DNA of 64,000 bases, from NCBI GenBank assembly GCA_964016885.1, contig OZ024758.1:5022001-5086000 (forward strand), written 5' to 3'. A program made the position numbers and the translations under genes. This document shows, in pieces, positions 40,768 to 53,965 of this stretch (positions within the stretch are counted from its first letter, which is position 1; every line of letters begins with the position of its first letter). The notes beneath the pieces are model-generated. The model worked only from the letters and a program-made list of their open reading frames with translations, had not been told where the DNA came from and did no database searches. This DNA comes from Eledone cirrhosa (Eukaryota).

Positions 40768-41324
40768 AAACACAATCTTCACATTTTATTTACGTACAAT
40801 ACTTAAATATATTACTTTCAAGATTATCAACATAGGAAGCGAAAAAGTATATTGAAGAAAAAATATTTTAACTGCATAATTGCCCATGTCGCGATTTCAC
40901 TATGCTTACGAATATTAGCTAATTACCATAATTAATTAGCCTATCGAGACTCACAGGATATACTAATTAATATTAGCTAATTACCATAATTGATTAGCCT
41001 ATCAAGACTCACTGGATATACTGATTAATAGCCATTTCAAGAAAACCTCTAATGAATTGTCTTGTGTAGGAAATAACGCCCAGACTGGACAGCTATTACA
41101 GCTGGACAACTTATATTTATTTATATAACATTGATAAATTGGTGTCGATTTCCAATAATAAAATCCCTGTACATGACCACGGTCTAATGAATTAAACAAG
41201 AGGAATGATATATAAAATGAGCTTCAACTCAGATTTTATCTACTGACAGCCGGGCAATCATTAGTCATTCCCAGTCTATAGTTGAAGAAGACACTTGTCA
41301 AAAATACGGCGCAATGGGACTGTA

Positions 41325-42073
41325 AATCACTTTGACAGTTTTTATTCAAAAAGCAAAAAACAAACCTTATTTAGTAAGAAAAAGTTTTTAAAGAATAGGG
41401 AAATGAAATATAGAGAAAAAAAAGAGAAAGAATGAAGAAAAGGAAAGAGAAGGTATGGCAAGAGCTCTGGTGTCGCAGAAGAGAGAGGAGGGGGTGAAAA
41501 GGAGGAAGGTGATTGGGCCTAGGGCAAGAGGGCAGAAGTGCTGCGCACCGCTGACAAGATGACAAAAGCATTTACCGGACGGTGGCCAGTGACACCCGCT
41601 GAAACAGCCCCCCCCCCCCCCAACCTCGTGGGGCTCCCTCCTCAGACAGGCCACCGACGCTCCGATCTTGAGGAGGAGCTCGGTAGTACGGGGTCCAAGT
41701 GCGCCTGAGATCTTGACGGCGACCGGTGCGAAGTGGAAGCGACCGGAGGACAAACCCCGGTATTTGTTTATTTTGCGTTCTTCTGCGAAGCGAGCCGCGA
41801 TGCCGAGGTTTGTGGCCGAAGCGACTAAGCTGGAGGCGGAGAACGTGTCGCAGCAGGTGGCGTCCCAGACGAGGGATCTACCTCATTCGAATAGGAAGAG
41901 GGTGATTACGTCGGGGCGCTTGCCATCACCACGGTCTAGGCTTGCTGGCTCCAGTTGAGATGGAAAGCCTGCTGCCTCCAGACTTCTTCTCAATATATCG
42001 TTGAGAGCGGCGTGTTGGGGGAACTGGCCTGCGCTCTGGTGGAAAGACAGGGGGTGCAGGCCGACCAAATTCA
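41325..42073 (-). mobile_element. CRE-clade non-LTR retrotransposon, 5'-truncated, decayed RLE domain plus 3' UTR
   Basis: GLHPLS..AG..HAALNDILRRSL..EPASLDRGDGKRPD..GRSLVWDATCCDTFSAS..KYRGL..FAPVAV..GALGP: zinc-knuckle remnant plus PD..D..KxxKY endonuclease; stop and frameshifts. Confidence 0.88.
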
Positions 42074-42585
42074 ACTGATAGCCGGGCATTCATTAGTTAT
42101 TCCCACTCTCTAGTTGAAGACACTTGTCAAAAATACTTCGCAGTAGGACTGTAGATTAATCCCTGTGACTGTGAAGCGAACTCCCGTAACATATCACCCA
42201 GACTACATTAACTGTAATGTTTAGTTGCGGCTACGACCTAATTTTTCTTATTAAAGTCATTTAATATCAATATGTCACTATCAGTTGTAATAAGCGTTCT
42301 GAATATGACGGATGTTTATTTAATTGTGTATAATTTTGACTGCATACTAATATATAAATAGAACACTGAGGAAATAGTTTGTGTTTATAACTCCAGTGTC
42401 TTTAACAATAAACGTTGATTGTCCAAGTAACGAAACGTTCCACTTACTTTGATTTAATTACACGATCGTCTCTGCAACACCGAAATGTTTTAAAATAAAG
42501 ACTTTGACGGGTGTGAAAAATATACAATTTTATTTGACGTCGAATATATCTGTCTTAGAGTTTCAAAAATAATTTGAATGTGTGT

Positions 42586-42900
42586 AATAATTGTTTCTGA
42601 TTTAGGCACAAGGCCAGCAATTATTTCAGTGTATTACTGGTACTTTATTTTATAGACCCCGTAAGGATGAAAGGCAAAGTTAACCTCGGCGGGATTTGAA
42701 CTCAGACCATAAAGGGTCGTAACTTTTTGCTGCAAAGCATGGCGTCCGAATGATTTCTGCTTTAAGCACAAGGCCAGCAATTTGGTGGGAGGGAAGGAAA
42801 GTCGATGAAATTGACCCCAGTGCATTACTGGTGCTTTATTTTATCGAACCTGTACGGATGAAAGGTAAAGTTAACCTCCATGGGATTTGAACTCAGATAG
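42586..42900 (-). mobile_element. two main-family SINE copies
   Basis: 42586-42750 and 42750-42900. Confidence 0.85.
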
Positions 42901-43087
42901 CGGAATTAGCAGCGCCCACGGAGCATTTGACGATGCCATCTTTATCTTTTATTGTTAGGGGTCAATAAGAAATGAACAACCGTGATGTAGTGGTTCGATT
43001 TAATCTAAATTTGTGCATTTGTGTCTTTGTTAGAAACGGTTTATTTTACTACAGATTAATACACCGGGAGGAACAGCTTTTGATAAA

Positions 43088-43305
<218 letters not shown>

Positions 43306-44012
43306 AAAGGAAATAAGAAATACAAGATGGCTAAATGAAGAAAAGAGGATAAACAAATAAAAAAAAGTGTAAATACCAATTTGGAAAGATATTTCCCAAA
43401 ACACAAATCCAGGAAGTGTTTTCAAAGATAATTGTTCCCGATAAGAACCTGATGAATATTAACTTCTTTCAAAAGGAAGAAATAAGTGTTAAATATTTTA
43501 TTGAATAACGTGTGAATGGATAAGAGAATTTGAGATAGTCATAACTAAATTTATCAAGAAGACTAATGGCAATATGATTATTTAATTCCTAACTTATTCC
43601 TACCTTAATGTACTTTTAGTTATTTAAATGCTTAGCATATAGAAGTGTTTATGTGTATATATTACTAAAACTCTGTGATTGCTTGCTTGCTTGCCTGTAA
43701 TGTCACACAACCAAAAGGGTGCATAATGGGAAAATACTGTGAAATGAAGTTGACCCTGAAATGGGAATACAAATGGAAAAAGAAACAAGTTTTGAGTGAA
43801 TCGGAGCACGTGCTCCCGAGATATGGGGTTTTTCCGGGTACCTTCATAAACAGAGAGAGAGAGAAGGATAGAGAGAAAGAGATAGTGGTTGTGAGAGAGT
43901 AGATTGAAAGAGAGACATAGAGAGAGGAGACAGAAGGAGAATGGAAGCGAGCTGGTGATGGTGTTGTATATATATATATATATGTGTGTATGTATATATA
44001 TATATATATGTG

Positions 44013-44120
<108 letters not shown>

Positions 44121-44127
44121 TATGTAT

Positions 44128-44179
<52 letters not shown>

Positions 44180-44683
44180 GAGTACGTGTGTATGTGTCTC
44201 TATGACCAGTGCATATAGATCACAGACACCCACATATATATGCATACACACACACACACATTTATATATATATACACACACGTATATATATATATGGGCC
44301 TCCCAGTTTCATTTCACAAAATTGCTGACCTTGTGTCTGAAGTTGAAATAATTATCATTATAGTTGTTATTGTTGTTGTTATAATTATCTTTCGCATGAA
44401 TTTCAATACTTGGAAATTGTTTATATTTAACAACTTAAACACAGAAACCATAAACTATTTGCTGCCGCCATAAAAATTCTCAGATGTCTAAGGAACAAAA
44501 AATGATACCAATAAAGAAATAAAACAATATAGAATAAAATGAAATAAAATAAAATAAAGATAGGGAAAAAACAAGAACTCTTTATTGCAAGCGAGAACTC
44601 CCTTTGAGTAAAAACATAAAATCTTTGGATTAGCAATTCAACTTTTCTATTACAGCTCATTCTGTAGTTTTCATAATGCTAAA

Positions 44684-44943
44684 AGCAACAGCAATAACAA
44701 CAACAGCAATAACAACAGCAATAACAGCAATAACAGCGATAACAACGATAACAACGATAACAACGATAACAACAGCAACAACAACAACAGCAATAACAAC
44801 AACAGCAACAATAACAACAGCAATAACAACAACAGCAGCAATAACAACAGCAATAACAACAACAGCAATAACAACAACAGCAATAACAACAGCAACAACA
44901 ACAACAGCAATAACAACAACAACAGCAATAACAACAACAGCAT
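44684..44943. repeat. (AAC/AGC/AAT)n trinucleotide repeat
   Basis: Direct reading. Confidence 0.95.
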
Positions 44944-45434
44944 AAAAATGTAGAAACAAACAATAATTATTCTTGACATAAAAAAGCAACCGACAATTAA
45001 GTTTAAGAACTTGAAAAAAAAAAAAAATGGTAAAAAGTAAAAAGAGAACATTGAGATAAAAATGCCGCTAAATATAGAAGAATATAAAATCCGACATGTT
45101 TATTATGTACAGCTTTGTAAAGTCATTGAAGACGTCTTCTCAACTATTTCTAAGATGAGTTCTCACATCTTTCTTTTGCAGACTTCCCTGCATTAAATTC
45201 CATATAAATATAAATCAATGTATCAGAGAAAATTGTAAATAGTTTTCTTTGTTTTAATCCTATTGTAAATTTAATATTCTTTTTTGTAAAGGGGAGGGGT
45301 AAATTTTCTTTCTTTATAATACTGTATATCAGTAAATAATTCTTCCTCTTTTGGATAATATTGACTAAATGCTTATTCATTTAAGCAATAATTGAATTTC
45401 AGAGAATGTAGATTTTTGTAGCAGACTGTAAAGT

Positions 45435-45712
45435 AAAATCTGTCCAGCGATTCTTTCCTGAGACATTCTAAACTTATGCCCATAGTATCGGAGCTGTGAT
45501 CTCTCAATTTGGAGAAGTAAAGGCGAAAGCAACTGGTAGGAGACCCAGGGGTAGATCCCGAGCAAGATGGTTGGATAACATCCATGAGCTTGGCTGGTCA
45601 CGCTTGAGAGATCAGGTGGCTCAGTTGGAGACTGTTGCTTCTGACAAGACCCGCTGAAATGACTATTTGAGGAGTCTGCTCCCACCACCCTCTCAGAAAG
45701 AAGAAAAGAAGA
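45435..45712 (+). mobile_element. RTE-clade LINE 3' end with inverted 5' segment
   Basis: 45435-45520 matches 20412-20500 on the minus strand (LLLQIERSQLRYYGH); 45522-45712 matches 20501-20698 on the plus strand. Confidence 0.85.
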
Positions 45713-46164
45713 CAGTAAAAAATTAGTTTTATCTAAAGATTCGTTAGAGGCTGTAATATATATTAAAATAGTAAAAAAAAGATAAATATATATTTTTTTT
45801 AAATAACCCTGAAAATAATTCTTTTTAAAGAAGAAACGTTTATGTTGGTAATAAAAACTGATTGTTTACATTTAATAAAGTAACGGTAGAATCGATTATT
45901 TCAGCCATTGTATATGATTGGTAATTGTATTAGTAATCAATGAGGCATGAAAATCAATCACGCCTCATTTGACCCAGCTAGAAATAATTAATAATAATTT
46001 GGCACTCAGGTACATTTTTCTACACAAATAGGAGAGATAGAGAGGGGGAAAGAGATGAGGAGGATAGGGGAGAGATAGAGAGGGGGAAAGAGATGAGGAG
46101 GATAGGGGAGAGAGAGAGGAGGGGGAAGAGAGCGGGAGGAGAGATGGGGACGAGAGATAAATAG

Positions 46165-46202
<38 letters not shown>

Positions 46203-46679
46203 AGTATATTGGGTGGCAATATCAGGGGACCACATTGTTGGTTTAGTTCCCTGATCGAGAAGATCTGTGATTCATGGTATACCAAACCTCCTTTTTAACA
46301 AGGTAGAGTGTAACGTGATGAGATTTGGTTGCTATTTTTAGCTTATGGTAGTTTTATTGTGGTTATTATTTTGCTCCAGTTGAAATCCACTTGATCAGAT
46401 TTATGATCGAAGCGACATCTAGAATAATAATATCTAATATAATATTCCTTGCTTTTAAGATGCTGGTTGTTATTGGTGAGAGATTAAATTGGGATTTCTA
46501 GTAGCTCGGTCCACCATGTAGATATTCTCTCCAAATTGCTTCTTCACTTGTTTCTCCGCGGCCTAATATACCATAAAGATCACACAAAGGTTCACAGGAG
46601 ATTCAATGAGACCGCTTGTTCTGTTAGAAATAACGATATAATAAAGATATTAGGTGGACTGGTTTAAATGAATGTTTAT

Positions 46680-47090
46680 TATAAACCCACAAACTCGACA
46701 CAATTTTTGCTATCAACATGTTACATTCCTAAATGTCCACGAATATTACTTCAGTGAAACGAATAAGCACAATTGTTTCCAATCCAACAATACATAACCA
46801 AATGCTGGTAGAACTACAAAATGTCGCCCCAGTTAAGTGAATTATGGGATAAAAAGGGGTGAAAAATATAACTATCTAAGAAGCGTGGACAGTAAAATAT
46901 ATTCCCATCCTATCCATAATAAATGGAGAAGCGTACTTCCATTCGTATTGACATACAACCCGATGAACATCGGAATTTATGATAGTTTTCATAGGAACCT
47001 ACAGTTTTTATATAATGATAAAAAGTGAGAACATATCCTGGAAAATCAATAAATCGTAAAGAGCAAACGACATCCAGTTAATACTTGAGA
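46680..47090 (+). pseudogene. decayed Penelope-like ORF (RT thumb / linker region)
   Basis: Fragments KPTNSTQFL, KRISTIVSN..MLVELQ, LPFVLTYNPMN..NLQFLYND and IVKSKRHPVN follow the Penelope order KPTD..YL / RRI..I.S / IPFV.TYNP / S.RQP.NL; stops and frameshifts. Confidence 0.65.
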
Positions 47091-47405
47091 TATATGATCA
47101 AATGGATGTTGTTGAACCCCTCACTAAAACTGGACGCCATGTTTACGATGTAAACTCTCGACATTTCTAATACCTTCTGGACAAATAATATTTTTGATGT
47201 AATTTCCAGCCTGCCAGTTACTGTTCTAAAGGATACATACATTGGTGTATTTATCGCAGTAATTATTTTTATCTGATGATATGGTATGGCATGGTATGGT
47301 TTCGTAATTCCTGAGAGTGTCGTAGGAGTGCTGTATTGATTTACGGCGTTTCTAGGGAACTGTTAAACCTGGCGGAGCCCATCTCCTCTCCAGTAGGGAA
47401 ATACG

Positions 47406-47439
<34 letters not shown>

Positions 47440-47489
47440 CAAAGAGAGTGTTATAGACTCCCGCCGTTCTAATACTGGTGGTTTAATTC

Positions 47490-47542
47490 GGATCTAGCTG
47501 TCAAAACGGCCGGAGCTCAGCCGTCGGGGTCTTGACTTTTTT

Positions 47543-47594
<52 letters not shown>

Positions 47595-47732
47595 AGGTCG
47601 ACTTGCCCACAGCCAAAGCTTCGATTTTACTAAGCTTCCACTTGTGTATATATATACACTCTACTACCCTAAGTATTGAGTACTCTGGTGCGTTATGGTC
47701 CATCTGGTTCCATACCACAATTCTTTTGTTTT
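47490..47732 (+). mobile_element. Penelope-like family A terminus split by (TA)n
   Basis: TAGCTGTCAAAACGGCCGGAGCTC at 47495 and CTCTACTACCCTAAGTATTGAGTACTCTGGTGCG at 47659. Confidence 0.55.
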
Positions 47733-48256
47733 ATATATATATATATATATTATTATATATATATATATATATTATTATATATATATAATAATGAAATTAT
47801 TGTGTGTAGAATCTAGGTGCATTACATCGTAACATGTTGCTCATTAAAATATCTAGTTAATTCAAATCAATCTAGAAGGAGGTAGGCATAACAGTTGCCT
47901 GATTGTCAGTGTAATCATTAAGCTTCACATTAATTATTGCCTTATTTCATGGCATTTGCAGAAATACTTGAAGAAACTTTATCTCCAGTTTCTTCACATT
48001 CATTAACGTGTTTTGTATATTCACGCATTGTGTGAAATTGATTCTTCTTCTCGCGGAGGTTTTATGAAATGCCGGTGAATATTTGTATTGAGAAAAGGCG
48101 ATATCTTGAATAATATTTATAATTGATTCTATCAACATAATTACTACAGGGTTCTGTTATTAATATCACCTTTACTTTCTATTATATGTCAGTCTTTTTA
48201 GCCCAGGAAGAGAAAGAGAAGGGAAAGGACAGGGTGTAAGGAAAGAAACACACTCA

Positions 48257-48335
<79 letters not shown>

Positions 48336-48369
48336 TCCAAAAAATTACGACCAAATATGTATTATTGTT

Positions 48370-48830
48370 CCTTGAAAAGATTTTTAAAGAAATAGAGAGA
48401 AAGTGACACTCGAACGAGTATCCTTCACCTCCAACTAACTTACCCTGCGCCACTGGGTCCCAACCGACAGGATAGATAATATAGTTCTCCGAAGATCGGC
48501 GAAGGAGACGCACTGCAACAGCCACTCCACCGCACAGGGCTCGCACCTAGGGGCAGCCAAGTCCACTTCAATAGCAATGAGTAGGGATGTGGTCCGGGGG
48601 CGAAGAACACCGGAAGTCAACCTCCAACTAACTTACCCTGCGTCACTGGGTCCCAACTGACAGGATGGTGATTATATTGCCACGGAGACGCAACGAGGGA
48701 GACGCACTGGAACAGCCACTCCATCTCATAGGGCTCGCACATAGGGGCGGCTAACCCCGCTTCGATAGCAATGAGTAGGGATGAGGTCCAGGGGCGAAGA
48801 AGCCCGGAAGTCTCCACTGCTACAGGCTCT
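48370..48830 (-). mobile_element. tandem dimer of CRE-clade 3' fragments
   Basis: Two ~195-bp head-to-tail copies (48427-48618, 48620-48830) translating ETSGLLRPWTSSLLIAIE..CEPYEMEWLFQCVSL. Confidence 0.8.
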
Positions 48831-48973
48831 ACTACAAGAAGATATTGTATTCAGTAAAACTGAAAATTAGAAATGTTTCCAGACTGTTGAATTAACTCGT
48901 TTCATTAAATGTCAACAGATTGAAGCATTTCTCTTCTGATCAAATGATTCCATATGATCTAAGAGTCACGCTT

Positions 48974-49013
<40 letters not shown>

Positions 49014-49611
49014 ACTCTCACCACTTTGTTACTCTCCCTCACCCTATCTCTTTCTCTCTCACCTACACTCTTTCTGTGTCTCTCTCACTCCTCCTCTCTC
49101 TCTTCTTCTTCTTTCACTCTCACTCCCCTTTGTCTCTCTTCTTTTTCACTCTCACTCCCCTTTGTCTCTCTCCCCAACCTCTCTCTCTCTCTCTCTCTCT
49201 CTCTCCACCCCATATATCTGTTTCGCCTCAACCCTCTCTCTCCTACCACATCTCTCTCTCTCTCTCTTTCCCACCCTTTCTCTCTCTCTTCCACCACTCT
49301 TTCCACCCCCATCTCTCTCTCTCTCTCTCAATTTTCCACTTATATACAACAAGACAGTTTGTCACAAACCGGAACAGTTATGTGACGCAAATCTTTTAGA
49401 AATATGTGAGAAATTGTAGAAAGGAAGCACATTAGAAATAATGATATTTCCAATTGACTAATGTCACGTCTTGGCCCTCATTAGAAATAACCTAAGTGTA
49501 TAATCAAACGAATTTCAAAATATCTTCCATTTTTCCTCAACTATGAGATGGATAAGACCAATGTCTATATCTACGTGGGAATATAGTTTAGATGTATATT
49601 CACCATTTATT

Positions 49612-49798
49612 GTGGATTGGCAGTATCGGTAGAGAGTCGGACACAATGCTTTCAAACATAGAGTTACGTCCCTTTATGATCTGAGTTCAAATCCCGCCGA
49701 GGTTAACTTTGCCTTTCATCCTTACGGGATCGATAAAATAAAGTACCAGTAATGCACTGGGTATTTTGCTGTCCTTGTGCCAAAGGTAGAAACAATTA
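49612..49798 (+). mobile_element. main-family SINE
   Basis: Full head, Nin-type domain and tail. Confidence 0.9.
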
Positions 49799-49849
49799 TG
49801 TATATAAAAACTATCTGGGTGGATTCTTGTATTCTTTTATATATATATA

Positions 49850-49986
49850 TAGGAAAAAGTATGACCCCAACGGCAGAGCTCAAGCCGTTTCGACGGCTAT
49901 TTCTGGACGCTATTTCTCTACTACCCTAAGTATTGAGTACTCTGGTGCGTTATGGTCCACCTGCTTCCTTACCACACTTCCTTTAT

Positions 49987-49990
<4 letters not shown>
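49850..49990. mobile_element. Penelope-like family A terminus, two oppositely oriented pieces
   Basis: 49850-49908 (-) joined to 49916-49990 (+), within (TA)n. Confidence 0.55.
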
Positions 49991-50019
<29 letters not shown>

Positions 50020-50436
50020 CTATATATATGTATGTGTGTATGTATATATATATATATATCTATGTATGTATGTGTGTGTGTATATATATATGTATATGTA
50101 TGTGTGTGTATATATATATGTATATATGTGTGTGCGTATATATGTATATATAAATGTATATATGTATGTGTATATATGTATGTGTATATACGTATGTGTA
50201 TATATGCATGCGTATATATGTATGTATGTGTGTATATATATATATATGTGTGTGTGTGTGTATGTATATATGTGTGTATATATGTGTGTATATTGTTGTT
50301 TATATGTATGTGTATACATGTATGTGCAATTATATGTGCATATAAGTATGTGTATATATATGTGTGTGTATATATATATGTGTGTGTATATGTATGTACA
50401 TATATATGTGCGTGTATTTGTATGTATATATATATA

Positions 50437-50475
<39 letters not shown>

Positions 50476-50547
50476 GTATGTATGTATATATATATGTGTA
50501 TATCATTTATATATATATAGGTGTGTGCGTGTGTGAGAGAGAGAGAC

Positions 50548-50578
<31 letters not shown>

Positions 50579-50631
50579 TTGTTTTTTTCTTGCGAGATCA
50601 AACTCCAAGTCCTTACATTGGCTCCACAAGG

Positions 50632-50793
50632 TTCAAGCTAAGAATCGCTGCTTTCACCCTTAATGGGATCTTCTGAAACTCCGTTAAGGGTGAAAGCACC
50701 GATTCTTTGCTTAAACTTTAATCTGTTATTTTAATATTTCCTCTACCGTTTTTATATATGTTATCCTTGTCGAGCCCTCTTTGGATTTTAGAC
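50632..50793 (+). mobile_element. Penelope-like family B terminus with inverted 5' copy
   Basis: AGAATCGCTGCTTTCACCCTTAATGG / CCGTTAAGGGTGAAAGCACCGATTCT arms around a 14-nt spacer. Confidence 0.55.
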
Positions 50794-50885
50794 CTCTCAT
50801 CCTTACGGGGTCGCTAAAATAAAGTACCAGTAATGTACTGGGTAATTGCTGGCCTTGTGCCAAAAGTAGAAACAATTATTATTAT

Positions 50886-50916
<31 letters not shown>

Positions 50917-51482
50917 TTCATTGTGAGGCTTTAGCGACTCTTCTAGCCAGACATGCTGAAGAATTTGAACATTGTACTCTAAGAAAGATAGCGAAAGAAG
51001 CCAATGTTGTTTGGAGTGCTGCCTAAAAAGTAACAAACAATGAATAAACACAACATAATTTCTTGGGTGATTTAATCAGCGACTTCATTGGAAATATTGT
51101 ATACAAAAACATATAACAACATCTAACTGAATACAACAGAAATCAAATGAAATGGGAAATATAAAATTACTTAGGTCAACGAACTCGAACATGGATGGTT
51201 GTCATCGGAAGATTTAAACCTGTAAATCGAATGAAGTTTCTGCTGATGTTGAAGTGTTTACGATGTAAATTTCTACAATTTCGAAGAATAAGTTGTTATT
51301 TTATGTTAATTACCAGTAAAGTAGTGACGACTTTGGTTTATTTTATTCCTCGTTTTTATCTAAATTGAATCTCATTGATGTAAGTTTAACACACCTATGT
51401 GAAGACAGTACTACATACTCACGTGTTCACACACATATATATACATATATATAGAGGGAGAGTAGGAGACAGAGACACACAC

Positions 51483-51540
<58 letters not shown>

Positions 51541-51667
51541 AGATGTTTATATATATATATAAAGGGAGATTGATAGACAGACAGATACACACACATACAC
51601 TCGCAGACACACACAGACACACACATATATATATATATATACACACACACAAACATACACACGCGCT

Positions 51668-51720
<53 letters not shown>

Positions 51721-52412
51721 GGAAGTGCGAGAGTCAGACACACACAAACACACAGACAGACATACATACACACACACACACACATACATATACACAAACA
51801 TACATACCTACACACACCTTACACACATAAAAGTCTTGTAACAGAGCAACAAATAAATAATAATCACCTGTTAGTTATTTCAAAAGACTTCAATGAAATA
51901 AAAATAAGAAAAATCAGTTCCAAACAGAAACAGTTTTAGAAAAGCCACAAACACAGTTTGGGGAATAAAATTGAAATAGCTTAGTATTGAAATATAAAGA
52001 CACTCAAAATAACTCTTTATTATACAAGAAGGAACGATAAAATTTCGACAAATGGAAATTAAAAATTGATATAAAAATTTACAATTAAACAATATATATT
52101 TAGTTATTTGGTTTTATATCAATTAGGAATATATACTGTTTTAAATATATCTGATTTTTGTAAAATTAAATGTTTAATATTTCGTTTTGTTTTCATTCTC
52201 TATTGAATGATACAAAAAAAAAAAAAAACAGATTTAAATTTCTTATTTTTTCACAAATCTAAAATTGTTTCACCGTTTTTTTTTTCCCCTCTTTGATTTT
52301 GGCGCCATTTCAAATTAATTTGTTAATATTTATTCCTTATTTTCAAAATCATAAAAATAAAGACTGATTTGAAATGAATTTAGCTACCGATTGAAGGTAT
52401 ACAACTCCCCGC

Positions 52413-52461
<49 letters not shown>

Positions 52462-52585
52462 CTATCTCTCTCTATATATATGATGCACTTATATAGTGCA
52501 TAAATGTGCAAACGAATTCGGCAAAACTGCAGTCGGAACTTTGAAGGAAAAATAGGTATATTTTGGTCTATTATTTCCTCGTATT

Positions 52586-52680
52586 TTGACTTTACCTTTC
52601 ATCCTTACGGGGTCGATAAAATAAAGTACCAGTAATGCACTGGGTAATTGCTGGCCTTGTGCCAAAAGTAGAGACAATTA
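52586..52680 (+). mobile_element. 5'-truncated main-family SINE with TSD
   Basis: Flanked by ATTATTTCCTCGTATTTT repeats. Confidence 0.88.
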
Positions 52681-53029
52681 TTTCCTCGTATTTTTAATTT
52701 GATACATACATACATACATACATACATACATACATACATACATACATACATACATACATACATACATACATACATACATACATACATACATACATACATA
52801 CATACATACATACATACATAAGTTCGATTTCTACGTATTTTTGCATTTATGTTTGCTATTTGCTTACCTAGTCATATTGAGAGGTTCGGTGCAGCAGATT
52901 CAACTGTTTGAATTTTACCCCCAACAGTGTGTTTATCCTTAACAGATGACAAATATGTATATATAGTGAATGGATGATTTACATAAAGTCGAGTATTTTA
53001 ACGTATTACATCATGGTTGGTTAACCTGA

Positions 53030-53066
53030 ATGACCAGATCTACCCACTGGCAAACCCCACAACATA

Positions 53067-53132
<66 letters not shown>

Positions 53133-53342
53133 TGTTGTGGGGTTTGCCAGTGGGTAGAGCTGGTCATATATAAAGTTTATCCCGGGTTCAATCGGGGGTA
53201 ACCACAGTAAGTAAGGTACTCAATACCTAGCAGAGTATAAATGTTTAATATAGAAGTGGCTTCTACAGGACTAGAACTTTTTCATTTAGGGGCTTCCTGA
53301 TGATTTCTCCCAAACGAAACAGTTCTAGTTCCTGTAGAAGCC

Positions 53343-53391
<49 letters not shown>

Positions 53392-53439
53392 AAACAAATA
53401 ACGAAACGAAATTAATTTCGTTTCGTTATTTGTTTTTAT
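53030..53439. mobile_element. stack of inverted-repeat termini in (TA)n
   Basis: ~42-bp arms around (TA)n (53030-53167); family C with inverted arms and CTGATGA..GAAAC at 53297-53328; perfect 52-bp palindrome 53388-53439. Confidence 0.65.
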
Positions 53440-53571
53440 CGTTTCCGCTGAACCGGTGCGTACAATGACTCACGTTCTATGCAAGTTAGTCTACCCACTA
53501 CTAATTTTCATAGAAAAAGCATATAACGATATGTGCTCTTACAATTCTCCAGAGAAGCCGGAAGATGGGTA

Positions 53572-53616
53572 AATATTGCTGATGAGATGTAATAACATCG
53601 AAACTAGTCCAATATT
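53572..53616 (+). ncRNA. type I hammerhead ribozyme, canonical core
   Basis: AATATTG CTGATGA GATGT aata ACATC GAAAC ta GTC CAATATT: 7-bp stem I, CUGAUGA, 5-bp stem II closed G-C, GAAA, GUC triplet; stem I extends to 53544/53638. Confidence 0.85.
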
Positions 53617-53930
53617 CCTGTCTGGCCCTCTGGAGAATAGAGGAAATGTGTTTCCTTGAAAACCCGTATGACTCTAAAACCCGGTCCGTCTGTGTGGTTA
53701 CATAGGACTAGCTGACACTCACTGTAAAGTGTCTAGTGAAAAGCTGAGTACATGTACATATGTATACATGTGTGTATTTATATGCATACTAATACTTCCG
53801 TATACATATGTAGATGTACACTTTAACTTAATTATATATATTATAGTTAAAACAGAAAACAAAAAAACAAAAACAAAGCGAAGAGGCAGTACAAGGTATT
53901 AATATTAGGTTCACGCTTGAGAGTGGGGGG

Positions 53931-53965
53931 GACGAGATTTCGGGCCTAAACCCTTCATCAGGAGA
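53931..53965 (-). ncRNA. minimal hammerhead motif in a Penelope-like terminus (53830-54040)
   Basis: Reverse complement TCTC CTGATGA A GGG tttagg CCC GAAA TCTCGTC; same family as 9972-10007. Confidence 0.6.
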
